Positions 1 through 13,551 of a stretch of DNA of 64,000 bases are shown one piece after another. Location: positions 124,930,001-124,994,000 of the forward strand of contig NC_043000.1 in assembly GCF_006345805.1 (NCBI RefSeq), written 5' to 3'. The notes below the pieces were generated by a model. It ran no database searches. It was not told the DNA's origin and saw nothing but the letters and a program-made list of their open reading frames with translations. A program made the position numbers and the translations under genes. Origin of the DNA: Octopus sinensis. Taxonomy: Eukaryota. Each line of letters starts with the position of its first letter. The first letter of the stretch is position 1.

Positions 1-202
1 ATCTCTTTTTAAAAAAGTAAAACCGGTGAAGTTGATAAACATCTTTAAAATACCTCTGCATTTTCAAAACCTCTTTTCTATACACACACACACATACATA
101 CATATATATAAAAAGTAAACACAAATGGTGTTTAAAATTTACAGCAGCTGTTTCATTAGAATTTTACTGATGCATTCATAGAAGATTACGTCATGATCCT
201 GA

Positions 203-400
203 TCATCATCATCATCATCCTTTAACATCCATTTTCTTTACTGGCATGGGTTGAACAGTTTGACCGAAAACTGCTAAGCTGGGGAGCTGCACCAGATTCC
301 AATCTGATTTAACATGGTTTCTACAACTGGATGCCCTTCCTAAAACCAACCACTACAAGAGTGTAGTGGGTGCTTTTTATGTGTCACTGGTACAAGTGCC
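203..400 (-). mobile_element. RTE-LINE 3' tail copy ((GAT)n-tailed 3'UTR fragment or RTE-dependent SINE)
   Basis: (CAT)n followed by tttaacatcc...ggcatgggttg...ctacaactggatgcccttcctaa, the same motif that is the 3'UTR of the RTE element at 50403-51410. Confidence 0.75.
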
Positions 401-477
401 AGTTATGAAACAGCAGCATTTTCACTCGTGTGGTACCTTGCAAGCTTACTTTGTTATATATATATATATATATATAT

Positions 478-856
478 ACCACTTCCCGGACCCACATTTT
501 CACACCTACACATACACATATGCACACGTCAAGATCACCAGCCCTCTTCCACACACACATACAAATTCTCTTATACACATGCACGTGTACCTTCGTTTTG
601 GGATCACCACTACTTTATTATCTCCCCTTCGCCCTAGCTCTCCTGTGTGACCCTTCTGTCCAGCATTCACCATGATAGATCTCTAGCCACTACACATTCA
701 CTATTTTCTCTCCTTGTTTCTTTCTGTGTTCCTTTCTGTGGAAGGGTGTAGGCTCGAAACGTTAAAGACTTTTACACTTCCTGAGCATTATACTAATACA
801 TCTGTTTGTTGTCTACACCACCTGTTTTCGTCTTTCGCTTTTTTGTGAATTCTCCC

Positions 857-858
<2 letters not shown>
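478..858 (+). mobile_element. Penelope-like non-autonomous fragment with hammerhead-like motif, inserted in (TA)n
   Basis: (TA)n on both sides; 3' part homologous to 25317-25510; CTTT-CTGTGGA-A-GGGT-GTAG-GCTC-GAAA-CG-TT-AAAG at 732-767. Confidence 0.6.
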
Positions 859-913
<55 letters not shown>

Positions 914-925
914 TATATATATATA

Positions 926-1170
926 TCATCATCGTCATTATCATCATTTAACATCTATTTCCATACTGGCATGTGTTTGATGGTTCAAAAAGAGCAGGTA
1001 AGCCAGAGAGCTACACCAAGCTCCATTTATCTATTTTGGCAAAGTTTCTACAGCTGAATGTCCTTCCTTATGCCAACCAATTTACAGAGTGTACTGAGTG
1101 CTCTTATGTGGCAACAGCACTGATGCTTCCTATGTGGCACCAGCACCAGCACCAGCAGTGTCACCAAGTT
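926..1170 (-). mobile_element. RTE-type 3' tail copy (diverged)
   Basis: (CAT)n plus tttctacagctgaatgtccttccttatgccaacc. Confidence 0.7.
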
Positions 1171-2021
1171 AGCTTGCGAGACAAAGACCTTGCAAGCTAT
1201 GCATTTATACTCTGACACATATACCTTATCTTTGTATCGGTGTGCATGCAACCATCTTATTTATTGCTCTTTTTTACCTTCCTCTGTGTGGAGTATGTAC
1301 CAGTGTACATTATTTGTGTGTGTGTGTGTGTGAGTATGTGCATGCGTGCATATATAATATGCCTCCTATAATCATAATAAAACACACCTGAGTGTGTATT
1401 TTTTTTTTTATGTAAAGAGATTTGTAGGTTTTTCTACTTATTCATCACAATTAATGAAATTTAAACTCAACAGGGGAAAAAAAATTCTGAGCATAAGTGT
1501 AAAGGATGATTAATAAATAAAATATTACAAGACGAGTGTTTGTGAAGGATAAAAGAGAAAATAAGATATTAAATTATACGTAAGTATACACAATTTATTC
1601 TGAAATTGATCATAGACAATCAAAGAGTATAAAGCATTTGAATTAAGCTTGATACATCATATCACAATAACTAAATGTCCATTTGAGTGAATCCAACAGA
1701 ACATTTTATATTTCATGCATTATGGTTTTGAGACAAGATGTAGGAGATGTGCTATTCAATAAGTGTTTCTGCAAATTGAGACAAATTTGGTTGAATTAGT
1801 AACATAAATCTTGAACTGGCATTGATAAATTTATGGAATTTGATTATTATGATATATATTCTTCTAATAAGTATATTGACTGAGTAGTAAATGAGAGATT
1901 TTATTCTACTAAACCATTGGACATTTTACCAAAATACCAAACAGAAAAAAAAAATGGTAGTGTCCACTGAAAAATGGTAAACCCTGTGAGATCATTCCCA
2001 GAATACATTATTTATGTTAGT

Positions 2022-2344
2022 TACATTATTTACATTTGATGGAAATTTGTCCTCATCTTGTTTGTTGTTAACACAACGTTTTGGCTGATATACCCTCCAG
2101 CCTTCATCAGGTGTCTTGGGGAAATTTCGAACCTGGGTTCTCATACCTAAGGTATTTTTCGATGTTGTTTTTTTAGTTGTAGGTGAAGTGTGTGAGTTTT
2201 AATTATTTTTACACACAAACACATACACATACATGTGCACACACAGAACCCTGACAAATACAAATCACATGCATACACACACACACAAAAGTGCACACAT
2301 ATACATGCACCATCCTGCTAAATATAAAACACACATATAATAAT

Positions 2345-2382
<38 letters not shown>

Positions 2383-2585
2383 CAACAATAACAACATCGA
2401 AAAATACCTTAGGAATGAGAACCCAGGTTCGAAAGTTCCCCAAGACACCCGATGAAGGCTGGAGGGTATATCAGCTGAAACATTGTATTAACAACAAACA
2501 AGATGAGGAAAAATATCCATCGAATGTAAATAATGTAAATAATGTAAATAATCTACATAATTCCTCATCTCTTAAATATAGAACT
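2022..2585. mobile_element. Foldback element with inverted arms, each carrying a decayed hammerhead motif
   Basis: Arm 2022-2170 is the reverse complement of about 2390-2545; same family as 37758-38218. Confidence 0.8.
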
Positions 2586-3399
2586 GTATTCTCAGAATAC
2601 TTCTTGAATGAGAATAGTTGATGTACATCTTGAAAAATTAGAGGATTCTGACGTGAAATTATTAAAATGTCTGTTAAAGAGTTATGAAGAAAAGTTACTT
2701 GTGGTGTTTTAGTCCCAGGTCAGCCTTAATTGAGAGAGCCTATGATCATAGATGATCAGCCTTGACCTACATGCTGTTTTGTATAACCAAGACAACGTTG
2801 TTCAATCTGTCTCTCTGTCTTTGTCTCTGTCTCTATCTGTCTGTCTCTCTTTTACTCTTTCCATCTGTATTTGTATATTTCTGCAAGCATGCACATCTTT
2901 GTGTGTTTCCCTCCAGCACCAAAGAGCTCTGTCACCAAAACAAGCTGAATGTCCAGTCAGCCATGCGAAATCATCAGCATTCAAACAGCCATGAGCAATT
3001 GTACTAATAATATGCTAAGCAGGTTGTATCTGTTATTCCATAGCCATCATATGCACCATAGCGATCTTATGCACATATGTGTCATAGATCATCATCATAG
3101 AAATAGCTGATATGTTGTGGACTGACTGATTTCAAAAATCAGAAGTTTACAGTTGAGGAGTTGTGTAACATTTTGGAACAAGTGGTGATGTAATGTTTTA
3201 TTAGTCTGTAGAGATATTGGCTTCTGAATGTTAAGTATTTAGAAATTGATAACAATCAAAATATTCAGAGTCAATAGTTTGGTCAGTGAAATGAACTGGA
3301 AACTGGACCAACAGTATATGCAGTTCAGTATGGGGAATGAGCCAGGATTAAGAGTTGAGAAACTCAGGAATATTGAAACTGCTGAATGTTGAGAAGAGA

Positions 3400-3830
3400 C
3401 CTGAAGTGAATTTTCTCAATAGAGGCTGAAAGATGGTCAAATAATTAGTTTTGGTCAAGTGTTGTAGAAATAATGCATGCACTTTGTATACAGAGGAGGT
3501 GAGATTTTCAACCAACCATAGTGACTTGTTATTTACAAGTAAATTTGATGGACGGGTGAAACAAGTTGACTGTGTGTGAATGAAAACAAGTGTTTTAACA
3601 AACAGTTATGACACAAGGTGTAAACATGATTGCGTAAACTGGACTTAGATAGAAGGTGGATGATCTTTGGCTTAGAAAGACAATGATAGGAGATAATAGC
3701 TAAATTTTGTTTGAAAAGGAAACCATAGAAATGTGTGTATAAAATGGGAAAGAGTATAGCTGTAAGCAAATGAAAGAAGTTTATACAAAAATGCCATAAA
3801 AGCAGCTGTTTTCAAAAATAATTGTCAGAC
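3400..3830 (+). pseudogene. Possible highly decayed Merlin/ISXO2-like transposase relic
   Basis: Broken translation VNENKCFNKQ...RRWMIFGLERQ resembles the IDESKF...WVFGxxER motif; many stops. Confidence 0.25.
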
Positions 3831-4199
3831 AATTTTATTTATAAAATTTTATAGTTTGAAGAATAGCAAAATTTCACACTTTTTCATTCCCCTTTAAAAC
3901 TTTAAATTTGAATTCTAGAAACATAACAAATGCTGAAAACTTAAAGACCAGTTACAAGTGAGTTTCAAAAGCTATGGAGAATGGGAAAATGCTGTAGCAT
4001 AGCACATAAGAAAGAGCATGCAACCAGTGGCTCATTTATTGAATAGATTGCTCATAGGAAATTGTGGGGAAAATATTTACAACCTCAAAAGACAGCAAAA
4101 AATGTATGGAGTAATGCCTTTCTAATAGTAGGCTTTTTGTAGTATTTCCATGAGTGGGTACTTGGTCATTGATGAAATCCCATCACTGGGTTGAAATTA

Positions 4200-4530
4200 C
4201 TCATCGCCTTACTGGCACTTGTGCTGGTGGCACATGAAAAAACATTTGTGCAAGGTCGTTGCCAGTGCTGCTGAACTGGCTCCTGTGCAGGTGATACATG
4301 AAATGCGCCATTTGAGCGTGGCTGTTGCCAGTACCACCTGACTGGCCCTCATGCCGGTGGCACGTAAAAGCACCTACTACACTCTTGGAGTAGTTGGCAT
4401 TAGGAAGGGCATCCAGCTGTAGAAACTCTGCCAGATCAGATTGGGGTCTGGTGCAGCCGTCTGGTTCACCAGACCTCAGTCAAATCGTCCAACCCATGCT
4501 AGCATGGAAAGCAGACTTTAAATGATGATG
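4200..4530 (+). mobile_element. RTE-type 3'UTR element with GTGCCnnnGGCAC subrepeats and (GAT)n tail
   Basis: gaagggcatccagctgtagaaactctgccagatcag...catgctagcatggaaagcagac...gatgatgatg; near-copy of 52660-53070. Confidence 0.8.
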
Positions 4531-4729
4531 CTTCTTGTTTTTCTGTCCATGAAAATATTACATTTAAAGAAGACAAAATACTGTTTGTACATAAATTGTT
4601 AGTCAAAATCTATGGGTGTAATACTCTGCAGAATATTATGGCATTGAAACACAACATTGTTTATGACCCATCAAAGTGGCTTCTAAGTAGATTATGTGTT
4701 ATAAATGAAAATCAGCCTGTCTCAAATAG

Positions 4730-5150
4730 TTAGCGGATTGAGAATTTCTCAGCATTCCTGACACACGTCTTCCATTCTTCTCTGTCTTTCATGACATTTT
4801 AAAGCACTTGGATAGTACATCCACTGTCTTCAAGCAATTGGTTGATGTAGTTTTTTTGTTTTTTTTTGTCCTGATCTACCTCTTCTCCATTTACTACAAG
4901 AAAGTTGCCATAGGAGAATTTCAGCCACTAGCTCCTTGTTACACCAACAGTGACCAATAAATTTCCACCTGCACTTTCATATTGTCTCTGTGATGTATGG
5001 GATGTCTTGGTATAACTCTTAATCCTTCATGTGTTGATGCCATGAGATATTTACAACAGCACAGAGCTTTCTTGTATAATTACCATTTAGAGTTTTCTTC
5101 AAGGGAACTTCAAGTGTCTATAAGCTAAAATTGATTCAACATCAGCTTTA
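4730..5150 (-). pseudogene. Old RTE-clade LINE ORF2 C-terminal relic
   Basis: Minus-strand fragments RWKFIGHCW and YINQLLEDSGC...MKDREEW match the RTE C-terminal pattern. Confidence 0.55.
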
Positions 5151-5159
5151 AAGAAGTCT

Positions 5160-5350
5160 CTTTTACTTGTTTCGGTCATTTGACTGTGGCCATGCTGGAG
5201 CACCGCTTTTAGTCAAGCAAATTGTCCCCAGGACTTATTTTTTGGAAGCCTAGTACTTATTCTATTGGTCTCTTTTGCTGAACTGCTAAGTTACGGGGGA
5301 TGTAAACACATCAGCATTGGTTGTCAAGCGATGTTGGGGGACAAACATAG

Positions 5351-5419
<69 letters not shown>

Positions 5420-5553
5420 CATATACATATACATATATACGACAGGCTTCTTTCCATCAAACAAATCCGCTCACAAGGCTATAGTAGAAGACACTTGCCC
5501 AAGGTGCCACACAGTGGGAATGAACCTAGAACTATGTGGTTGGTAAGCAAGCT
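5160..5553 (-). mobile_element. tRNA-derived CORE-type SINE with internal microsatellite
   Basis: Reverse complement of the 29728-30130 family (caccttgggcaagtgtcttctactatagcc core; cagcatggcc..cagtcaaatgactgaaac tail). Confidence 0.85.
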
Positions 5554-5904
5554 TAGATTTCCATATCTTATCCAAATAGTTAAGTGATCCACATGCTTTA
5601 TTTATTCTGGGTTCTATATAACCCTTGGAGTGCTGCAAGGGCATATCCTCATACAGTTCTTTTTCATCATATACTTTGACTATGTACTAAGAAGAGCATA
5701 CATTTTTTTTTAAATCCCCAAAGTTTCACTCTTTCACAGAAAGAGTAATATATATCTTGCAAAGAAAATTACAGATGCAATAATAATCACCAAGGAATAT
5801 TTAGAATGCTTAAATCTTTGGTAAGTTTAAAAGTATCACCCTATGAAGTTAGACAGAATGTGATCAGTTATAAAGTCCTAAATCAGTATTGAAATTATTC
5901 TGGT

Positions 5905-6200
5905 TGATCTCATCTTTCTGTCCATGAAAATACCATAAAACAACACTGCACCCATGACTTTCATGCTCAGATTTGCTGAAGCATGGAATAAACTACCTGC
6001 ATCGGTTGTTAGCTTTTGGAACACTACATCCTTCAAAACTTCCATGCTTCCTGAAATTTTCCCATGGTACACCTGATATCCCCACCACCTTTTTTATATA
6101 TTTAAACAACTCATTCACCGTTCATTTCCTGTGCATTATTCTGTGTACTGTACATACACTTTTGGTGACCCTTTCTAATGAGTTGTTGTGCACCTGAGCA
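5905..6200 (+). mobile_element. CR1-group LINE 3' end fragment
   Basis: AEAWNKLPASVVS motif; homologous to 16270-16595. Confidence 0.7.
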
Positions 6201-6577
6201 CTCTTTTACTCTTTTACTTGTTTCAGTCATTTGACTGTGGCCATGCTGGAGCACGGCCTTTAGTCAAGCAAATCGACCCCGGGACTTATTCTCTGTAAGC
6301 CTAGTACTTATTCTATCGATTTCTTTTGCCAAACCGCTAAGTGACGGGGATGTAAACACACCAGCATCAGTTGTCAAGCAATGTTGGGGGAACAAACAGA
6401 GACACACACAAACACACACACATACACATATACATATATACGATGGGCTTCTTTCAGTTGCTGTCTACCAAATCCACTCACAAGGCTTTGGTCAGCCTGA
6501 GGCTATAGTAGAAGACACTTGCCCAAGGTGCCACACAGTAGGACTGAATCCGGAACCATGTGATTCATAAGCAAGCT
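6201..6577 (-). mobile_element. CORE-type SINE
   Basis: Same family as 29728-30130, reverse orientation. Confidence 0.85.
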
Positions 6578-7764
6578 GTATACAATAAATTCATTATTAC
6601 TATATATAAAAGACAAGGTATGTATATCTGTCTACAACAAACTATGTTGGTCAAAATACATAGATATATTCTGTTATACAGAACAGGATATATATTATTT
6701 GGCTGTTTGACTGACATGCTTGTGTTTCCTATCAAACTCAGCTGAATTACTTTTATTTTAACCATTGAACAGATAACAGAATTAATGTCAGAACGTTTGT
6801 TTCATATCAACTGTTCAAAAAATATTCTTGCAAAGTCTCACTAAATTTATTATTATTTAAACATGCACAATCAAATCTTTAATGAGTTGAATGAAGACAG
6901 CCATATATGTCAACTGAATTAGAATTTAATAATGTTCGGAAGAGAATAGAAAGCAGGAAAAAAATAAATTAGATATCTTACTACTTTGCTCTTTACCACA
7001 AGGGAATTGGAAAATTCCTTTCTGAGAATGGTGATAATAAATCATTTTGTAAAAAGCATTCAAATTGTAGTTAATTGGCCATGTTATTCAATAATAAAAA
7101 TATAAATTTCTTTTTCATTAATTCATAGATGTTGTTAGTGATGGAAATAAATTTCAAATTATTTTGAATAGCTTTAAGTCAAAACAGAAATACCTATTAA
7201 CATTGCTATTCAAATTTGTTTTGAGGAGGCTTGGGGTTGCATAACAAGATATCTTGCTTTGGTGAAATTGACTTCACATTCAAATAAAAATATGTGGGTG
7301 TAGACATGGCTGTGCAGTTATTTACCAATGAAGACCTGGCAAGCCAAGTGAGACGATAACCTTGTGGCATATGCCAGGGGTGTAACCAGCCCACTTATGT
7401 GTACCTTTCCTTCATTGGACACTAAACTCTGCTTGCGAAGACTTGTTGATCATTGCCAGAGCATAAGGCGGTGTGCTGGTAGAATCATTAGCATGCTAGG
7501 CGAAATGCTTAGCAGTATTCCTGCTATCTCCCACTCTTTCTCTCTCTCCCCCTGCTCTTCCCTCAGGTTGGGTAATCATATAACTCCTTTGCAGCAGCAC
7601 ACCTGTTTCAGTCTTCATTCCTGATTTTTCTCTCTTCGGCCAGCTAACCTTGTACCACCTTTACAACAAGACACCTGTTTCTGCCTCTCTGTCTCCCTAA
7701 CATTTCATCATCCAACACAAGATCACCCCCTCCAATGCCCCCCTCCCTTCTAAACAGATTTTGT

Positions 7765-8088
7765 CTTGCAGGTTACTTGGTGACTTTGTCAGTGCAGGTG
7801 CCGCTTAAAAAGCACCCAGTCCACACTATAGAGTGGTTGGTGTTGGGAAGAGCATGGAAAAATCCTGTAAAAATCCTGCCAAAGCAGTAGTCTGGTGCAG
7901 GCTTCTATCAAACCGTCCCACCCATGCCAGCATGGAAGGTGGACATTAAACAATGATGATGAGGATGAAGATGAAGATGAGGATGATGATGAGGATATGA
8001 TGACTCTAATGATGGCAACAATGATGATGATGATGACAATGATGGCACCACCACCACAACCACTACCACCACCACCACCACCACTACC

Positions 8089-8119
<31 letters not shown>

Positions 8120-8145
8120 GCAATGGCACCACTACTGCCAGTGAT
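7765..8145 (+). repeat. RTE-type tail grading into compound (GAT)n/(CAC)n/(CAA)n microsatellite
   Basis: cccatgccagcatggaaggtggacattaaac followed by GAT, CAC and CAA runs. Confidence 0.8.
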
Positions 8146-8204
8146 GATACATAAATGCCATTATTTTACTGTTGTCAGGACAATCAACACTTGGTGCCAA
8201 ATAA

Positions 8205-8412
8205 TCCTTTCTGCTATAGGTACAAGGCCTGAAATTTGGGGGTAGATGGGATAGTCGATTACATGGACCCCTGTGCATTACTGGTACTTATTTCATCGAC
8301 CCTGAAAAGATGAAAGGCAAAGTCAGTCTTGGTGGAATTTGAATTCAGAATATAAAGAAGGACTCAGCCTTTTGCCTGGCATGCTAATGATTCTGCCAGC
8401 TCACCATCTTAG
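8205..8412 (-). mobile_element. Second SINE family (central domain resembling the Meta/Sauria-type domain)
   Basis: Reverse complement of gaggtcgactttgcctttcatcctttcggggtcgataaattaagtaccag. Confidence 0.75.
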
Positions 8413-9567
8413 CTGGTGCCAAATAATGGCAACATTCTTGAGTCTGAGACACCTCCTCTTTGATACTTGTTTGTTAAGTCTGTTACTGAGAGTGAAAGAT
8501 GTGAAAGAAACCTAGGAATCATATCCAGTTGTTTTTGTTGTTTATACTCAGGCTATTCCTCATCCAAAAGACTTATCATCAAAGACAATCTAGCCTTGAC
8601 CATCTCGAATGTCTTTTTTTAGATGTTGAATGTATTTAGGACCACATTATCCAAAGTGTTTTTCATTTCTTAAATATTGCAGACAGAGAAGTTTGGCTGC
8701 TCCTTCTCTTCCCTTAGCTCACAGCTATCTCATTAGTTCAACTCTCTTGGTAGCATACTATGGTGAATAAGGCAAACTTGAACTTATTAGCAGCAGGAAT
8801 TCTATTTACTTAGTTTCATTGAAGAATCGAAAGTAGTATGATTGTGTAAAAGATACATATACAACTGATTACTTATTCTAGACACAAATGTGAAAACCTG
8901 GAGTAGATCTCTGAATAAGAATTGCTTATTAAGATCTTTCCAAAGAAATATTTTCACTCATAATATTGGTGCCAAATTAATCGATGTTTGAATTATGTTT
9001 TAGAAATAGAAAATCCAAAAGCAAACTATTTGAAGTATAAAGGAACCAAAGAACAAGGAAAAAAAATGTATTTTGTAAAATAAAATGATGAAATTCATTC
9101 TGTAGGAAGATAAAGTGAAATGTAATGGCTAGAAGCCATTTTCTGAAGAGTACTGATTAATTTTACGCTTTGCCTACAGCTGTAGGAGATAAGTCAAACT
9201 GTCTACTGTTTTATAACATCAGTTGAAATTGGTGGCAAAAGAAAAATTCATTGATTTCAATGATGTTATAATGACTTTATAAGACTACCAAAATTTAGTA
9301 AGACATATTGGATTATTTGATTTTATCTGGACTGATTTGGTGATTATATTTATTTTATTTATTTTGTGGTGAAAAAAACAACTTAAATTTTTGAGTTAGT
9401 ATTGCCAGTCAGATGCTACCCCAGCAGCTGTTGTGACAACAGTTTTTAGCAAATTGTATCTTTAATTCGAAGTGCTTTATTATCCCTGATCAAGTCCACC
9501 TGGTACGTTTATGTCTGCATTACTTATTTACCACATTAAATAAGTAATATGTAGGGTGGTAAGCTAT

Positions 9568-10012
9568 GGAGGCACGTGGCTTAGTGGTTAATGTGTCAGC
9601 ATCATGATCGTAAGATTGTGGTTTCGATTCCTGGACAGGGAATGCATTTCACGTTGCTCCAGTCCACTCAGCTGGGAAAAATGAGTAACACTGCAATGGC
9701 GTCCCATCCAGCTGGGGAGCACATACGCCATTGAAACCAGGAAATCGGGCCCATGAGCCTGGCTAGGCAATAAAAGGGCACAGTGGAGGCATGTGTCTTA
9801 GTGGTTAGGGTGTCAGCATCATGATCATAAGATTATGGTTTCAGTTCCTGGACTGGGTGATGAGTTGTGTTCTTGAACAAAACTCTTCATTTCATGTTGT
9901 TCCAGTCCACTCAGCTGGCAAAAATGAGCAATGCTGCGATGGACTGGTGTCCCATCCAGCTGGGGAACACACACACACCATTGAAACTGGCTAGGCTTTA
10001 AAAGGGCCCATT
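9568..10012 (+). mobile_element. Two tandem tRNA-headed SINEs (third family)
   Basis: A-box-like tggcttagtggtt and B-box-like gtttcgattcc; 9568-9780 repeated at 9785-10012. Confidence 0.8.
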
Positions 10013-10029
10013 TATTGTTTAAAAAAAAA

Positions 10030-10268
10030 GGGTGGTAAGCTGGGAGAATCATTAGCACATGGGTGAAATACCAAGCAGTATTTTCTCTGCTGTTATGTTC
10101 TGAGTTCAAATTCCACCGAGGTCAACATTATCTTTCATCCTTTCGGGGGTCAATTAAATAAGTAGCATTTACACACTGGGGTCAATGTAATCGATTTAAT
10201 CCCTTTATCTGTCCTTGTTTGTACCCTCTATGTTTAGCCCCTCCCCGTGGGCAATAAAGAAATAAATA
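10030..10268 (+). mobile_element. Second-family SINE
   Basis: ggtggtaagctgggagaatc...gagttcaaattccaccgaggtcaac...gcaataaagaaata. Confidence 0.8.
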
Positions 10269-11073
10269 AGTAATATGTAGGTGATGCATGTCTCACTACT
10301 CAAAGCAAAGGAAATCCTGTGTAATCGATGCTTCCTTGAGTTGCAATGTTGTTTGCTGTGCTCAAATCTCATCACAAGTAGAAATTATAAAGGTACCATC
10401 ATAAAATTAATGGAACTAATAATCTATTAATAGCTGCATCTAATTAGGTAAAAATCAAACAATTTCTTTTCCTCACTACACTTGCATAGCATAAATATAT
10501 ATTGATTTGTCATTGATTTTTTTTTTACTTTTCATATTAAAAACATAATTTTAACATACTTTTGAAAATTCAATATGTTTTCTGTTGATCTGACTATGTA
10601 GGCTGCATGTCAGTAGATAAAGTGGAACTTAGCTGGCTTCTTCTCATTTTAATTAGTATAGATTCATAACACAAAGCAATTATATTTGGATGGCTACCAT
10701 GGAACTCTTCTGCCAATTGTTAAAAGATGGAAAATGAAGTGATTTGCTCATAACACACACATCTAAAATTAACACCATTGCACTCTTCTACCCTAAGTGA
10801 GTATAGTCACACAGAAACAACACCCACAAGTAACAGAGGTATAGGAAAGCTATCTACAAAGGGAGTAGTTGAATAATCTGAAAGAATGCAGAGGGAGGAA
10901 GATGATGAAAAGCATGAGGTTAACTGATGATTGGGAAAGACAGGCAGGGATGGTATAGGTTTTGCTATGTACCCATAGCTTTCTTAAGTCATAAATTTTG
11001 ATTTATTGATTAGAAATGCAATAATAGCAATCAATAAAATATGAATTCCTAAAATATATTACATGTGTGTCTA

Positions 11074-11116
<43 letters not shown>

Positions 11117-11134
11117 CTGTCATTCTCTCATTTT

Positions 11135-11320
11135 TTTCAGTCATTTGACCATGGCCACGCTGGTCCTTTGAAATATAAGGGCTGCTCATTTTTGCCAGCT
11201 GAGTGGACTGGAACAACATGAAATAAAGTGTCTTGCTCAAGGACATAGTGCGCCACTGGGAATTGAACTCACATCCTTATGATCATAAGCCAAATGCCAC
11301 AACCACTAAGCCATGCCTTC
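11135..11320 (-). mobile_element. tRNA-headed SINE (third-family-like)
   Basis: gccagctgagtggactggaacaac...aaccactaagcc is the reverse complement of the 9785-10012 type. Confidence 0.7.
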
Positions 11321-11354
11321 ACTCTGCTAGCTCACTGCCTTAAAGTATTGATAT

Positions 11355-12015
11355 ATTGATTTCGAATTTCAGCACAAGGTTGGCAATTTCAGGGGTTGAG
11401 GTTAAGTCAGTTACATTTACCCCAGTATGCAACTGGTACTTATTTTATTGACTATGAAAAGATGAAAGGCAAAGTCAACTCCTGTGGCTTTTTGAACCAG
11501 AACATAAAAACAGACAAAATGCTGCCAAGCTTTTTGTCTAGTTGCTAATGATTCATCTACTTTGTTCCCTTAAAGTATTAAAATATTTTTTTCTACTCTA
11601 GGTGCAAGCCTCGAAATTTTGGGGAGGAGATCAGTCGATTAGATCAACCCCAGTATGCAACTGGTACTTAATTTATTGACCTCAAAAGGATGAAAAGCAA
11701 AGTCGACCTTGGCAAAATTTGAACTCAGAATGTAAAGATAAACGAAATATCGCTAAGCATTTTGCCCAGCATGGTAACGTTTCTGCCAGCTTGCCACCTT
11801 AAATATTTTTTCTAGGCACGAGGCTCGAAATTTTGGGGGAGGGACCAGTCGATTAGATCGACCCCAGTATACAACTGGTACTTAATTTATCGACTCCGAA
11901 AGGATGAAAGGCAAAGTCACCTTCGGTTGAATTTGAACTCAGAACATAAAGGCAGTCGAAATACCGCTTAGCATTTTGCCCAGCATGCTAACGTTTCTGC
12001 CAGCTCGTTGCCTTA
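11355..12015 (-). mobile_element. Three head-to-tail copies of the second-family SINE
   Basis: caactggtactta...gatgaaaggcaaagtc repeated at about 11430, 11660 and 11875. Confidence 0.85.
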
Positions 12016-12094
12016 AAATATTAAAATATTAATAGCTAATATTGTCAATGGTATTCAGCAGCAAATAACCATTATACTATTGTTGAGTCTTCAT

Positions 12095-12560
12095 TATCAT
12101 CATCATCATCGTTTAACGTCCGCTTTCCATGCTAGCATGGGTTGGACGGTTCAACCAGGATCTGGGAAGCCAGGAGCTGCACCAGGCTCTAGTCTGATCT
12201 GGCAGTGTTTCTACAGCTGGATTCCCTTCCTAATGCCAACCACTCCATGAGTGTAGTGGGTGCTTTTTACATGCCAGAGAAGGCTGGTAATAGCCATGAT
12301 CAGTTGGTGCTTTTTACGTGCCACCGGCACAGACGCCAGTCAAAGTGGCACTGGCATAGGCCATATTTGGATGGTGCTGTTTACGTGCCATTGGCACGGG
12401 TATCACAACTACAGTTTCCATTTGATTTTTATTTTGATATTGATGTACTTGACTCAATAGGTCTCCTCAAGCACAGCAGGTCACCCAACGATCCAAGGTA
12501 AGCACAGCAGGCCGTCCTGTGAGCCATGAACTCACTTCATTTGTCGGGTCTTCGCAGTCC
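12095..12560 (-). mobile_element. RTE LINE 3'UTR fragment
   Basis: (CAT)n-gtttaacgtccgctttccatgctagcatggg, as at 50403. Confidence 0.85.
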
Positions 12561-12630
12561 CAACAAATGAGTCTAGAAATATATTTCATTAAAAGCAAAG
12601 GGTATAATATAATGCTGATGTTTTGTCAAA

Positions 12631-12947
12631 CTGTGTTCCCTCTAATATTTTTGCTGTGGATGTGTGCAGAAATTTGCTTCTGTGCAAATTTTGTCTTTTT
12701 GCCAAAGAATGAGCTCACCCATGCAATAACCATCACTCATAATGCCATATTTAATCACTTAAGCATATGCATGCCATTTTCAAGTGTGTCTTGTTTTAAA
12801 ATTTTATAATGAAATTATAGAGTTAATTTCTTGAATTAAAAAATTCAGTTTTATCTTGAAGACTTGTGCATGTGCACATTCTTTTCTTTGTTCACATTTT
12901 TTATTACATGCGCATGGAAACAAGTGCACAGCTTACAGAGAACATTA
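12631..12947. mobile_element. Putative hAT-type MITE
   Basis: Imperfect TIRs ctgtgttccctctaa / ttacagagaacatta; TSD not clean. Confidence 0.4.
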
Positions 12948-13065
12948 TTTGCAAGACCTCCCAAGTCAGGGAAGTTGTTGTAATTGTTAAGCACCAATAT
13001 TTAACCAATTTGAGCAGATCTGAATAAATGGCATTCCAGCCATGACCAGCTGCTGTATTTTAGGG

Positions 13066-13440
13066 ACAGGCATGGCTGGGTGATTAATAAGCTCACTTCC
13101 CAACAAATATAGTTTTGGGTTCAGTTCCACCTTGGGTCAGTTTCTTCTACTGTAGCCCCATGTTGACTAATGCCTTGTTAGTGGATTTAGTAGATGGAAA
13201 CTGAAAGAAGCCCAGAATATATATATATTCTTTTATTCTTTTACTTGTTTCAATCATCTGACTGCAGCCATGATAGAACACCACCTTTAGCCGAACAAAT
13301 CAGCCCCAGGACATATTCTTTGTAAGCCTACTACTTATTCTATCAGTCTCTTTTGCCAAACCGCTAAGTTACAGGGACGTAAACACACCAACATCAGTTG
13401 TCAAGTGATGGTAAAGGAACAAACACAGCCACACAACTAT
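13066..13440. mobile_element. CORE-type SINE 5' half (+) abutting a 3' half (-)
   Basis: 13066-13215 forward head/core; 13228-13440 reverse tail. Confidence 0.75.
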
Positions 13441-13520
13441 ATACATATATATGCATATATATACATATATACATACATACATATATATATATATACATAC
13501 ATATATATATATATATATGC

Positions 13521-13551
<31 letters not shown>

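Noticed and set aside
135-190. Hammerhead-like strings ending GAAACAGCTG or GAACAGCTG on the minus strand (also about 27995-28045)
   Set aside because: First core not CUGANGA, and stem I or II poor; probably decayed PLE ends but not supportable as ribozymes
7895-8245. ORF with poly-Asp/Met/Pro/Thr tracts
   Set aside because: Expanded (GAT)n retroelement tail plus CAC/CAA runs
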